Below, piece after piece: positions 28,488 through 41,445 of a DNA stretch of 64,000 nucleotides (position 1 is the first letter of the stretch; each line of letters starts with the position of its first letter). Source of the stretch: the human T2T-CHM13v2.0 reference genome, Homo sapiens; assembly GCF_009914755.1 (NCBI RefSeq), contig NC_060945.1. One strand, given 5' to 3'. Below the pieces are notes generated by a model. The model was not told where the DNA came from. It did no database searches and saw nothing but the letters and a program-made list of their open reading frames with translations. The position numbers were made by a program, and so were the translations under genes.

Positions 28488-28789
28488 TTTTTCTTTTTTC
28501 TTTTTTTCAGACAGGGTGTCGTCTTTGTCACCCAGGCTGAAGTGCGTAGTGTGATCAGGGCTTACTGCAGCCTTGACTTCCTGGGCTCAGATCATCCTCC
28601 CACCTCAGCCTCCCAAGTAGCTGGGACTACAAGCATGTGCCACCACACCCAGCTAGTTTTTGTATTTTTAGTAGAGATGAGGTTTCACCATGTTGCCCAG
28701 GCTGGCTTTAAAGTCCTGAGCTCAAGCATTCTGTCTGCCTCAGCATCCCAAAGTGATGGGATTACAGGCATGAGCTACCATGCCCAGCC
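28488..28789 (-). mobile_element. AluJ
   Basis: 'actgcagccttgacttcctgggctcagatcatcctcccacctcagcc' and 'gttgcccaggctgg'. Confidence 0.88.
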
Positions 28790-30174
28790 AAAATTTTTTT
28801 CTAAATGTTCATATATTATTGCCTAAGGCAATTAGCATACTTGCACGTGTGTGTGTAGATATATATGCATAAAATTATATTTCCGTGAATATTTATGGAG
28901 TGACAAGTTTCTGCTAAAATCTCAACTAGTTGTTGGGTATAAGTGATCACTATTCCCATAGCCAGAAAACTAACAATGAGGAGGCTCTCATTGAAAATAT
29001 AGTCTAATATAGATGTACGTATGTGTGTGTGCATGTATATATTTTTTTCTGGGAGCTAGAAGTATTACAAATATATATATATATATGATCACACACACAT
29101 ACATACATCTATATGTGCACACACACATACATACATCTATATTAGATGCATATATATATATATATATACACTCACATAAATATACTAGTGTTCACCAGTC
29201 GTTGTCAAAATTATTTGCAATACTGTCTTCTTCCAGCCTCAGGGTCTCTGCATAGAAAGTTCCTGAGGGCTATTGTTATACCTTCTCCCTGCCCTTATCT
29301 CTTGCTTATCCTGACCCCTTCAAGTCATAGCTCGGCAACCACCTCCTTAAGACATCCTCCTATGACTCTACAGGGTATTGAAAATCACTTAACTAAGTAT
29401 TTCTTATCACATCTATAATTATATGCTTATTTGTCTGATGAATACATAAGGCATTAACTATTCAACTATTATCAGATTTTTCAAGAACTATGACAATTAG
29501 CATTTAATGAATGATTACATGTATAATGGCTTAATGCATCATTTGCTTTAATCCTCACAATGACACACCTAGGATCTGCAGAGCTAGAATTGGAACTGAA
29601 ACAGTGTCAGTCTGGAAATCACAATTCTGTATTTCTGAAAAACTTTCTTTTTTGTGAAGACATTTGTTTACATCACTGGGAAGCTATTAGTAGGGCATTA
29701 GAAGGAAACAGATTTTTTTTCAGTATAAAATATGTTTCATGTCACTCATGTATAAAGTGACGGTAGCATCCTTAAATCCCCAGGTTCTGAGTACACAGTT
29801 CCTAAGCTGATAATTGTCTGCTTTAGTTGAATATTTCTCGCGTTTTTAAAATCTCATACATAGAGAATAGATCTGTTCATTCTTCATGAGAGTAATAGCT
29901 TGTGTCTAGTTTGCTTTGTGTCACTATCTTTATCTTTTACTCTGTTTATGACACCTTCTTTGTGCCTTTTTGCCAGAGAAGCTTCTTGTTCTTCTGCTAA
30001 TTCTGTCAGCTGGGCTGATCAAATGATAATATTTGGCTAGTTCATGGCTCATTTGAAGAAGTGTTTCCTTTTTTCCCACATAGCATTTTCTTAAAAAAGA
30101 ACTTCTTGAGAATATTTTCACTGCTTGAACCTTGAAAGCCTGACTCACCACATGTGAGACAATTAAAAGTTATT

Positions 30175-30556
30175 ATTAAGAAAATGTGGTACATATACAC
30201 CATGGAATACTATGCAGCCATGGAAAAGAATGAGATCATGTCCTTTGCATGGGAGCTGGAGGCCATTGTCGTTGGCAAACTAACATAGAAACAGAAAACC
30301 AAATACCACATGTTATCACTTACAAGTGAGAGCTAAATGATGAAAACACATGAACACAGAGAGGGCAACAACACATACTGGGGCCTGTCAGAGGATGAGG
30401 GTAGGTGGAGGGAAAGGATCAGGAACTAATAAGTAATGGGTACTAGGCTTCATACCTTGGTGTTGAAATAATCTGTACAACAAACCCCAATGACAGAAGT
30501 TTACCTATGTAACAAACTTGCACATGTACCCCTGAACTTAAAATAAAAGTTAAAAA
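30175..30556 (+). mobile_element. Older L1PA 3' end
   Basis: 'aagaaaatgtggtacatatacaccatggaatactatgcagcca' to 'cacatgtacccctgaacttaaaataaaagtt'; probable TSD aaaagttat. Confidence 0.9.
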
Positions 30557-32355
30557 AGTTATATAAATTTACCATTCACAGCCATTTCATAGGTTTAAAA
30601 ACATCACTCTTCAAACACAATTTTATTAAAAATTCTTGAATGACAATTTTTAGAAGTTCATGATTTATATCTCAGGTGCGAGAAACAAAACCCAAATAAA
30701 AGTGAACTAAAATTTAGAAAATATTCATTATGTCACTTAAGTTTTTAGATAGATAAATCACAGAGCTGTTCAATTTATTGTCTTAGTGACATTTTTAAAA
30801 AGTGGCTTTTCACCTTTCTGTCATCTTCAGTAAATTGGCTTAGTTCTCCTCATGAAGCTGGCCAGCATAATTCCACAATTTGCATTCATAACAGCCAACT
30901 TTGAACCGTAAAATGTCACTGAGTCTTCCTATAAATATTCTTTGATTAGCCAGAAGACCATCTCAGAAGCATCCAGTGGACTTTCTCTCTTGCTCCACTA
31001 GCTGGAAACCAAAATCATTCTCACTCCTAACTAATAATAACAAAGGAAATTAGATCATTAGGATATGTTCAAGCTTTACTAAAGACAAGAGGGCTACGTC
31101 CTCTTCTTTAAATAAACTAGGGATGAAGAGACAAAAAGGAATTTTGCCTCAAGGGATATAGGGCATAAATGGTTTTTTGGAAGGCAACCAAAAGTATACC
31201 CTAAGGTTTTTTTCAATATTTTACTGTTAAAATAATCTTCAAAAATATATGAAAATGGGTGACACATGGAGTTTTATTGTTTTGTCTTCAAATCAAAAAT
31301 GATTATAAAGCAATTGATCATAGTAATATAGTTAAACTTTAGCTATTAACCATTTTAAAAGTAGTCAAATGAAAGTAAAACCTAACTCATTTATCATCAA
31401 ACATTGAGCTGGTTGAATGTGCCAGATACTCTCAAAGTGTGAAATACTCTGACACAGAGGAATAAAACCCAGCCCCAAACCTCATGGTGGGAGCTGGCAT
31501 CATATAATAAAAGCCTCTTCAGGCAAAAATTACGTGACAGAACCAAAGAATGCTTTTTGGAAGAGGTGATATTGTAAAAGCAATGAAAGCCAAGACTTTA
31601 ATTTAAAAAAAAATGTATTCTGCCAACTAAGGAAAAAAAAAAAAGGTTCTCATTATCTAAACATTGAAGTGGAAAAAGTGTTTTGAGTCCCCAAAAGACT
31701 AAAGTTCTGATATTGTTATCACCAGATATTAAATTCATATTTATCATCCCATTCAGCAGATGAACTTAATTAGGCACTTAGAAGATGTATGGTAAAATGG
31801 GTATAATATAACAATCCAAATCAACATGGAACAAAATTAGAATTTGTGGGAAAAAGATCTAGATAATCAGACCTAATTTAAACCTGACTTAATAAATAAA
31901 GCTCGCAAACATCCCTTATATCTACATTTTAGTTCTAGAATCTATTAGGTTTGTCATGAGCACAGTGGAATATTTTGTTTGAGCACCTGAAAGCTGAAAT
32001 GTTTCATATGTGCCCTCTTTAAGAGACATCAGATTATGCATGAGACAAAATTAAATGGTGAAAAGATACAACAAACAAACCAAACATTTCCAAAACAGTC
32101 TTTTTCTTCAAAAGCTTGTATACATCTTTGTGTCAGATAACCTGTCACTAAGACTGTATTAGGAATTTAAAATGCCTGTAACAAGGAGGAGTGCTGCAGA
32201 CCTACATAAAAAATTCAAAGTTGATGTAAATATTTTCCTGGGAACTAGAAGTATTACAAATATAAATAAAAAATATTTTAATTACAAAGTTTAGAGTATT
32301 TGTTCTGTTAAAATACCATAAAATACACATTGTTATGTATTCTTAGTTTAGTATG

Positions 32356-32716
32356 TGCTGTGGACTGAATATATGCATCTCCCTCAAATTGATACATTGA
32401 AATCTTAACTTTCGATATGATGGTATAGAAGTGAGGTCTTTAGGAGGTCACAAGTTCATTAGGAAGGAATCCTCATGAATGAGATTAAAGTCCTCATAAA
32501 AGAAAACAGAGGGAGACCCCTCACCCCTTTCTCCAAGTGAGGTTACAGTGAGAACATAGCTGTCTATGAGGAAACAGGGCACCACCAGACACTGTATCTG
32601 CCATTGCTGTGATTGTGGACTTCCCAGGCTCCAGAATTGTGAGAAATAAATTTCTGTTGTATATAATCTATTCAGTTTATAGTATTTTATTATAATAGCC
32701 TAAGCAATCTAAGACA
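32356..32716 (+). mobile_element. MLT1A-type LTR
   Basis: TG...CA ends, a perfect 5-bp TSD gtatg, and 'ggacttcccaggctccagaattgtgagaaataaatttctgttg'. Confidence 0.9.
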
Positions 32717-33879
32717 GTATGACTGTTGAAAAGTAGGAATGAGAAATGGGACTGTCAAAACAAGTTAGTTGTCCATTCTCAGACACACTGAGTTGACTTT
32801 CGATGTGTTGTAATGTAAACCGTCCAGAGCATATCCCTAAGCAGTGGAATAATATCACAGATTTTATGTTCTACAATCCCTCACTGATGAAAAATCTACC
32901 TTTTTGTGTGTGTATGTTTGTTTGTTTGTTTGTTTATCTAAAGGCCAAATAAATAAGTCATAGTCCACCTATTTTTCTGCCCCCGTCCTATAAGTGATCA
33001 GACTCAAACTTACGGAAAGAAACTCTAATGGTCTCATTTGTTTTTAGAGCTGGTACTGAGCTCATTTATTTTATTTATTTTACTTAAATAAATGGAAATA
33101 CTGGTGTCTATTTAAAGCACAACTGGACAAACCTCTGGAAACATTTTCTTGTTACTCCAAAAATGTACAATAAAACACTATAATACAAAATGCATTATTA
33201 ATAACACACAGATGTCCTGAATATTTCCTTTAGAGTTTTCAATTAATGTACCGTGGTTTCAAGTTGCAATTATTGTACAGTGCAGAGTGAAGGGAATGCT
33301 CATTGTGATCAGTTCTTTCTCTGTTCTTTAGTCAAAGGCAAAGCACTCTGTAATAAAAGCAACAATATTTCCTTAAATTTGATGTGAGTGTTGGGTCTAG
33401 GGACAATTATAAATTCAATTTGAAAAGGCATATTCTTTAATATCTGGTATTTAATGACTGGAACTATTTCTGTCCGGTGTACAATAAATGACATTTCATG
33501 CTAACCAAATGTCTGAGTTTTCTTTTTGTTAACATTGGTCAATATAGAGCTGTTTTTAATAATAAATGTAGTTTATGACCCCTCATAATTTTACCTATAA
33601 CCCTTAGGTTTTAAAAAGGTAAGGTTAAATTCAGAATATTTTAATATTTTTATAATTATTCTGTTTTTTACTACATGTAAAATACATTGTATACAATTGT
33701 ATAAAACATAATCTAAGAAACTGAACATCCAACAGATTTCCCTTCTTCTTATTTTACAGGTTTTGTTTTGTTAACGTTGGTTCCTGCAAAATCTATATTT
33801 TGAAATGCTTTATTTAATACTTTGGGTTCTTGGGCCAAACTAAAACTGAAATAGCTTCTTTTAAAATACATTTTATTGC

Positions 33880-34720
33880 AATATAATATTATATTGAAAA
33901 TATGATCACATAGAAATATGGAGAGCTTCCCAATTTATTTAATGGGCTAGTATAAGTCCAATATTAAAAAACAGCTGGCTCAAAAATGAAAAGTAAGAAG
34001 GATATAACTTTCTTATTGTATATTTGCAAATAGAATTTATCACTGTGTTAAAAAGATTACTGTGCCATTAGGGTTTCTAATGTAAAATGGTAATTTCACA
34101 TTAGAAAACTTATTATCTAACTCAGTAGATTTTAAGGAAAAATCTATTAATCTTTTGGGGTTACAAAAGCCAATAGAAGCAACAAAAAAATAAAGTTTGA
34201 TGCATCTTCACAATAAAATTACTTGTGGATTTGAAATAGAACAAAATTTCTTTATCTTCATATGTTTGAAAAGATATATTAATAAAAGCCCTAAATTAAA
34301 CATGATCATTAATATTGAATATGCTAAATGTCCCCATTGAAAATAGAAAGAAGCATGAGGGCTCATTGTCACATAAACTATTTATCTTTTACTGAATCTT
34401 AATCAACACAATCCATAAAGGCAGTAAAACATAAACAACATATTGCAAAAGAAAAACAAACCCTTATTATTTCCAAACTGTACTATTTCCAAGCAAGATA
34501 AAACCCAAATAGTAAAAAACAAAAAACAGAATAGTTTAGCAAGACGACTAAGTAAAAAATCAATTTACAAGAAAACAATTGCCTTACCCTCTATGAGAAA
34601 TGGCATTTAGAACAAAATAAGTACAATGACTTAATTTGCAATGGCAGCATGATCAAAACATACCCAGGAATATGCTTGTCAAGATTTGCGAATTTTTTAA
34701 AGGACATAATAACAGCCATC
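33880..34720 (+). mobile_element. Degraded L1M ORF2 fragments
   Basis: A-rich sequence with ORF2-like motifs 'tagtttagcaagacgactaagtaaaaaatcaatttaca' and 'aaacatacccaggaata'. Confidence 0.45.
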
Positions 34721-34729
34721 AATTATATT

Positions 34730-36858
34730 CTGTGAGGTGGAAGAGGTGTTATGCTATTCAGAAAAGGGCTTTAGTCCCAGTTGTTTGGAGAGCTCTAGGC
34801 AGCTTTCAGCTGTCAGGTGCCTCAGCTAGAGAGAAACAGCTTATTAAAAGTCCTGCCTTTTACAGAGTGGCCCATATCAAATTGCTGATTGATAGAGGCA
34901 TTGGTAAAAACACTTAGCTATTTTAGACCACTATGGGACAATATGGTGGGTGGTTGGTTTTAACTCCAGAGTTCCCAGTGCACTTTGCCAAAGTTTTCAT
35001 GGAGTCTGTATGAGAGCTTGATTTCTCCTTCTGCCTAATCCTGATTTTTTATCCTCCCTTCCACATGTTCATATCCCAAAGGCGCTATCTAATAAAGTAT
35101 CCTGCACACTACTTACCACCTCGGTTGGTGTCTTCTTCCTAGAGAATCCAACTTGCAATACTGGGTGCCAAGAGTGGTCCAAGATATCAGGCAGTAAGAT
35201 AAAGTTTTAGACCTGAATTGTGATGACTAGTTGGTAAGAAGACTTCCATCAATGCTAGTAGGTAGAGCACAAATAGCCCTGGTAAAGGGTGAATTTCCAG
35301 TTGTTCAGGTGGTGATTTAAGTTGGCATGGGTCGAAAAAAATCTACTAGCCAGGAATTGGGTATGTTTGGCTAACCTCTGGTGAGTACTCTGGAACAATG
35401 GTTCTCAGAGTTTGAACCTGGAAATTTGTAAGAAATGCCAATAATCAAGTCTCACATTAAACACACTAACTTAACAGCTATGGAGGTGGGGCCCTGTGGT
35501 CCATGTTAGAGAAATGCCTACCAGATTATTCTGATATACTGCTTTATATGGCAATTAACAGGCATTTGAATGTCAATTTTACAAACTAGAAGTAACCTAA
35601 AATGAATCTATTATCTCCTGGAGCAGAAGAGCAGAAAAAGTAGACGCCAAGGCCCATGATTTTTTTGTCAATACAGACAGGAGAGCTAAACTCTAAGTTT
35701 AAGTAGTCATGCGGCTACAATGTCTAAATCTAGTCTGGAATGGAGACTTCTTGGCTGATGTTCCTGAAAACATTAAAACTTTATATTCCTGCCAATCTTC
35801 TGAGGCTGTAGAAGTGGCACATTTTTTTTAAACTTTTACTTTAAGTTCAGGTGTACATGTGCATGTTTGTTACAGAGGTAAACTTGGGTCATGGGGATTT
35901 AGGTAGTAAACCCATGGGGGAATTAGGTAGTAAGGCTAATTCCCATTAGTTATTTTTCCTAATCCTCTCCCTCCTCACACCCTCCACCCTCCGATAGACC
36001 CCAGTGTATGTCATTCCCCTCCATGTGTCCATGTGTTCTCGTTTCTATTAAGGATTAGCATCTGCTTGTCAAGAACACAAGACAAGGAAGACAAAGTTCT
36101 GAAAAATACACCAATAAAGGAACAATGAGCCATTTTAAGATTCAGATAATTTATTATTTCCATAGACAGTGAAGGAAAGAGTGCCCAAAGGTGCTAGCTT
36201 CCCAGGGCGCTTGTACAAGACAACACTAAGGTAAAAGGGGAGAAAAATTCAACATGGGTGATAGAATGCCATTTGCTGAGGCCATTCTAGACTGCAACCA
36301 ACTTGTTTCATGGCCTGCAAGCTGCATCTCAAGAGGGACAGTAGAAATCTTCATGCTTCATCAGAAAATGGGAGGCAATGAAAACATCTCTCATGATCAT
36401 CTCTTTGGTAAATGGGGGAAGCAAGTGAGAAAATGGCCTTGTGGAAGCTTCTTATAAGCCTCACGTGCTCTTATGTTCCAAGAGAATCACAAGGTTTCAC
36501 ACCAAAACTCAGATCAGTGGTGGCTCAAGCCTTTTCCATGTGGCCTACATGGATACACACAAGACCATTGAGTGCTGTCATGGAGTTCTCACCCGCATCA
36601 CTGCCACTCCTTGTTGAAGACAATGCAAAGGCTTCTGCCTAGCAAGCCAATATGTACCCCCACCCTGAATCAAGATCCCACCCTGAATCCTGCTATTAGC
36701 CCTATTCCTTGGGTTAAGTAACAGCAAGACCAAGTTAGGGACATGGTCTCCCTCACGCCCTCTCCATAGGTATTGATCCCCAAAGTACTCCAAATTCAAT
36801 ATTCTGTATGTTGAACACTGTCTTAGGGTCTGCTTCATGGAGACTCAACTTTTGCCAG
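34730..36858 (+). mobile_element. Degraded ERVL-class element (LTR16-like LTRs with ERV3-16A3-like internal start), containing MER5 and L1 pieces
   Basis: LTR 3' end 'ctaataaagtatcctgcacac...ttcctagagaatccaacttgcaata' is followed directly by the PBS-like 'tgggtgccaagagtggtc'. A second LTR-like end 'tattgatccccaaagtactcc...gtctgcttcatggagactcaac' lies at about 36770-36858. Confidence 0.5.
35822..36042 (-). mobile_element. L1PA 3' end fragment
   Basis: 'acttttactttaagttcaggtgtacatgtgcatgtttgttacagaggtaaactt...catgtgtccatgtgttctc'. Confidence 0.85.
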
Positions 36859-37124
36859 CAAGAGAACTATGAATCCAGTACATATTCTATTTATTCCCTG
36901 ATACATCTTTTGTACATAAACTCACGGAGATTTTAACTAGTCATAGTTGTAAAACTAGTAAATGATAAAGAAGTACAGACATTATGGAGTGGCTGCTTTT
37001 AACCACAATGCTAAAATGCCTCACTCTCTGAAAGATCTGTACATCAAAAAGGGTGAATTTTACTCAATAAAAATTTTACCTTAAGAAACAAAGAATGATA
37101 CTAAGTTAGTAAAGACATGAAACT

Positions 37125-37705
37125 AGTCTAACTGCTCTTCAATGGATGACTGAATAATGGAAATATGGTGCACATATACACAACAGAATATCATTCAGCC
37201 TTTAAAAAGAAGAAATTCTTACCATTTGCAGCAACATGGATGAACTTGGAGGACATGATGCTAAGTGTACTAAGCCAAGCATAGAAAAACAAATGCCACA
37301 TGATCTAACTTATATGAAGAATCCAAAAGAGTTGAACTCACAGAAACAATGAGTAGAATGGTGGTTGCTGGGGCTGCTGGTTGGGGGAAATGGAAGATGT
37401 TGGCCAAAGGATACACAATTTCTGTTATAAAATTAATACATTCTGGCAACCTAATGTTCAGCATACTGTCTATAGCTAAAATAATGTATTGTACACTTGA
37501 AATTTGGTAAGAAAGTAGATCTTAAATGTTCTTACTACAAAAAATAGTAACTGTGAGGTGATTGGATATGTTAATTAGGTTGGTTGGGGTCACAATTTCA
37601 CAATGTATACATATATTAAATTGTCATGCTGCATACCTTAAATATATATAACTTTTATTTGTCATTAATATCTCAGTAAAGCTGAAAAAATAAAATCTAA
37701 AAAGA
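37125..37705 (+). mobile_element. L1MA9/L1MB-type 3'UTR
   Basis: 'ccatttgcagcaacatggatgaacttggaggacatgatgctaagt' ... 'atctcagtaaagctgaaaaaa'. Confidence 0.88.
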
Positions 37706-39677
37706 AAAGCTACAGTCCATATTGACACTAGCATAGAACAAGTGTGTTTTTCTGTTTAATAACAACTATGTCAGCATAAAATTTTCTCTGTGTAAATCCT
37801 GTCAATTTTTGTATGAGAGCAAGAACAGTAAATCAAGCATAAAATATCTCAGATTATTTATAGATTCTAAAATTCCCTTCCTGTTTTATATGCTCAATAA
37901 ACTAAATGTTTTTGTTGTCCATATGGGAGCCTTATGAAAACAAACTGAAGAACAGACTTAAGATGTTATCGACTGTAATGAATAACAATTACATATGGAC
38001 TCATTTGTAGAGTACTCCAAAAAATAAAGGTTACCAAGAAATATACTAAGTGTTTACATTTTTCTAAGAAATATACCAATAACTAATTTTCTATGTTCTG
38101 TCAAATTTTTAAAGAGGTAAATGAAAAATAAAAAAGAATAAAAGTAAGTGAATAAAATGACAGAAAGGAAATATTTGGGGGAAAAGATGAAATAAGAAAA
38201 ACAATGAGTTGATAACTATTGAAGCTGAATGATGGGCCCAGAGGATCATTGTACCATTTTGTCTGTTTTTGACTGGTTGAAACTTTCCACAATAAAAAAT
38301 TTAAAATACAATAGTAAATTGCAAATTATTAAAGTCAAGATGTATGAGAGAGAGAAAATGACAATACCTTTAAAGAAAAAAATCTAGAAAAATAATCATC
38401 TCTTGGTATAGAAATATCTTAAAAATATGATTAAAAAGCCATATTGACAGGATGATACAATTTACTTATTTAAAATTTTAATCATCTCTGTCAAAAAAAG
38501 AATAGAAAAACAATTATGAAAATTGACAACTTGAGGAAAAACTTGGTTCAATTATAAGGGACTTTTACTATTCATAATAAAAGGTTTCTAAAAACTAATA
38601 GATATATGACATCCAGTTAGAAAACTGGCCAAAGAATATTGAACAGAAAATATCCCGAAGAACATATCCAAGTTTGCATGTATACACCACAATGATGACA
38701 CTGGCTAATTCTGGGAAGGTAAATAAGATACATAAGGCGACTCAAGGGACATATTGGCATCTTCTGCAATTTTTACAAATGTTTTTAAAAAAATAATAAA
38801 ATTAATTTTGTTATTTAAGCAGTGTAATAAATATAATAAATATATTTATTATAAAAATAATACTATAGGTATGCAATTTTTATAATAAATAGGTGATTTA
38901 AAATTATATATATTTTAAAAATTGTACTAGTCTATAAAGATAATTTTGAAAAGTTCAATAACAAGAACCACAGATTTGATTTGTTTAAAAAACATAAATT
39001 ATAAACATTGGCTGATAATGTAGAACACCTACATTGTACTGAAAAATAAAAATGTCAAAGAGAAACCTACCCATAAAAACAAAAGTCACAGAAACACCCT
39101 CACCTATATCCCCAAGATCTCAGGTCCAGAGGCTTTTATGTGAGTATTTAAAAGTTAATAAAGAAGGGAAAATATTCATGGTATTCAGTGATCCTAGGAT
39201 TACATGATACAAATCCGCTCAATTACTCTTCTAAACTCAACTTAAAGACAAACATTTACAATGATAATATAATAAAATGTCTGGATTCATTTAATTTATT
39301 AAAGAGACATGCAAAAACCTGACATAATATACTATCAAATTTGGTTCAAATATATATTAAAAGGATAATCCATGGTGATGAGAAGGATTTGCTATAAGAA
39401 TGTAAAAATGACTTAGTGTTAGAAAATCTGGAAATACCGTGATACATTAAGTGTGGCGGTTAGGAGTTAAAATGAAAGTGACAGCTCAATTCTGATGCTA
39501 GTGACTAGAAATCCAAATTGTCAGGCAATCAGCAGTAACTCCAGACTCTGCTTACCTATAGTGCTAGAGACCTAAATATTGTCAGGATTGCCTTCATATG
39601 TTTGAGTTGTTGCAGGAATAAGTTTATAGATTTCAGTTATTTATGCCAGTAAAGAAAGCAGTTGCTGACACTGAAAC

Positions 39678-39829
39678 ACAGATGCTCCTTGACTTATGAT
39701 AGGGTCACATCCAGATAAACCCACTGTAAGCTGAAAATTTCCTAAGTCAAAAATACGCTTAATAACCCAATAAATTCAACGCGAAGTTGAAAAATCATTA
39801 ACAAACCATTACAAGTTGGAGATTATCTG
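39678..39829 (+). mobile_element. MER47/Tigger5-type short element
   Basis: 'cagatgctccttgacttatgatagggtcacatccagataaaccc' ... 'aagttggagattatctg'. Confidence 0.8.
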
Positions 39830-40609
39830 CTTACCTAAGGGTAAAAAATAGGATCGTGGAAATTATGCAGCATGTTAGTATGTAAATACTTTTTTCTTAA
39901 TCACAATCTTATTGCATAACACTTGAAAATCCCTTGGGTCAAACTACACAGGTTCAGCTATGTAATCAACACTTTACTTGATGTCCTAAGCTACTTAGAG
40001 TAAAATCTTAGAACCACTTGAAAAAAAAAAAAAAAAGTCATAGGCAGTTCATTCTGGAAAAAAGCAAAACCAGCTATTGAAATAAAGACACCAAGAGAAT
40101 TACTTAATACATTAATCATTCAACTTTCCCTTCTGTCTAGATCTGGTTTGTCAAGAATTGTGGAGGCTCTGAGATTTTAGTCTGTTTTCTATTGATAAAA
40201 TAACCTACCGCAATTTTATAGACACTGGCAGAGCCCATTAGAGTTTTTATTCACAACAATAGCAGTAAACAGATTAACATCTTTGCTTGGGTTGACTCAA
40301 TCCCAATTTTCACATGAATGATGGTCAGACGTGCCAGCACACGCAGTGAGGTGCGTTACTGGGGAAGAATATTAGGAAGATGTGATCTTATTAAAAGGGC
40401 TGTTAGCAAACCTGCCCAATCTCTAGAAGAAGAGTTATTTAATATTTATGATCCTGGAAGGTAACCAAATCTTCTCCAAAAGGGCACATTATCTTTACCT
40501 TCAAATTCTTCCAATAATGCCAACGGCATTCGAAAGATACCCTGGAGAAAATTTGCCGATAAATCTTTTGCCAGCAAGATGGGGCAGAAATATTAGAGAT
40601 CCATGAAGA

Positions 40610-40808
40610 ATTGTCTTGGAATACAGACCCTTGCCTACCTTCATAAATAAATTTTTGTTGCAACAGAATCACACTCATTCACTTATGCATAGGCTGTGGC
40701 TACTTTTACATATCAACAGCACCGTTGAGCAGCTGCAACAGAGACTGTGTGGCACACAAAGGATAAAATATTACTATCCGAATTTTTAAAAACATATTGA
40801 TACATGTG
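40610..40808 (-). mobile_element. MER58 (hAT-Charlie)
   Basis: 'ataaatttttgttgcaacagaatcacactcattc...gttgagcagctgcaacagagactgtgtggcacacaaag'. Confidence 0.8.
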
Positions 40809-41445
40809 TTAGAAAGCAGACTAAATATAAACAAGATCACAGCAATATAGAAAGGCTCCACATGTCTCACTGAAGTTTCCTTCTTTCCTGGTAGCATTAG
40901 CTAACTTAAAATATATAAGCCACTCTCACATAAATAAAGATCCAATATCAACTAAATCTGTGTTTTAGGAAGCCATAATCCTGGTTTGTATGAATATAAA
41001 TCTGAAAATCACATACACTTTTTCTATACTTTTCATGGCAAAGAATGTGTTCAATTTGTATTTCTAAATTTAAAAATAATTTAATTATATCTATTGTTAA
41101 CCTTTAAATTTTATAATTATAACTCAATTATTCTTTGATTTAATATCAATTATGATCTTTAAAATAAATAAAATGCAACAGTAAATTTTTTAAATATAGA
41201 AATAAATATATAATTCATTGTTAGATCTGTTGTAGAAAAATTGCTCCCCATTGTGCCAAGCCAATGGTGGTGCTACAGTGTTCTATAATAGGCAATTAAA
41301 AGTTCTTGTTGAACAAATTGATGTGTGTACCATAGGGTGACAAAGACTGTATTCATTGCAAAATGATGTTGCCCATACATCCATATCAATATGAAATTAA
41401 AATTAATTTAACAACTAAAATGTGCATATTTTAATAAATTATATC

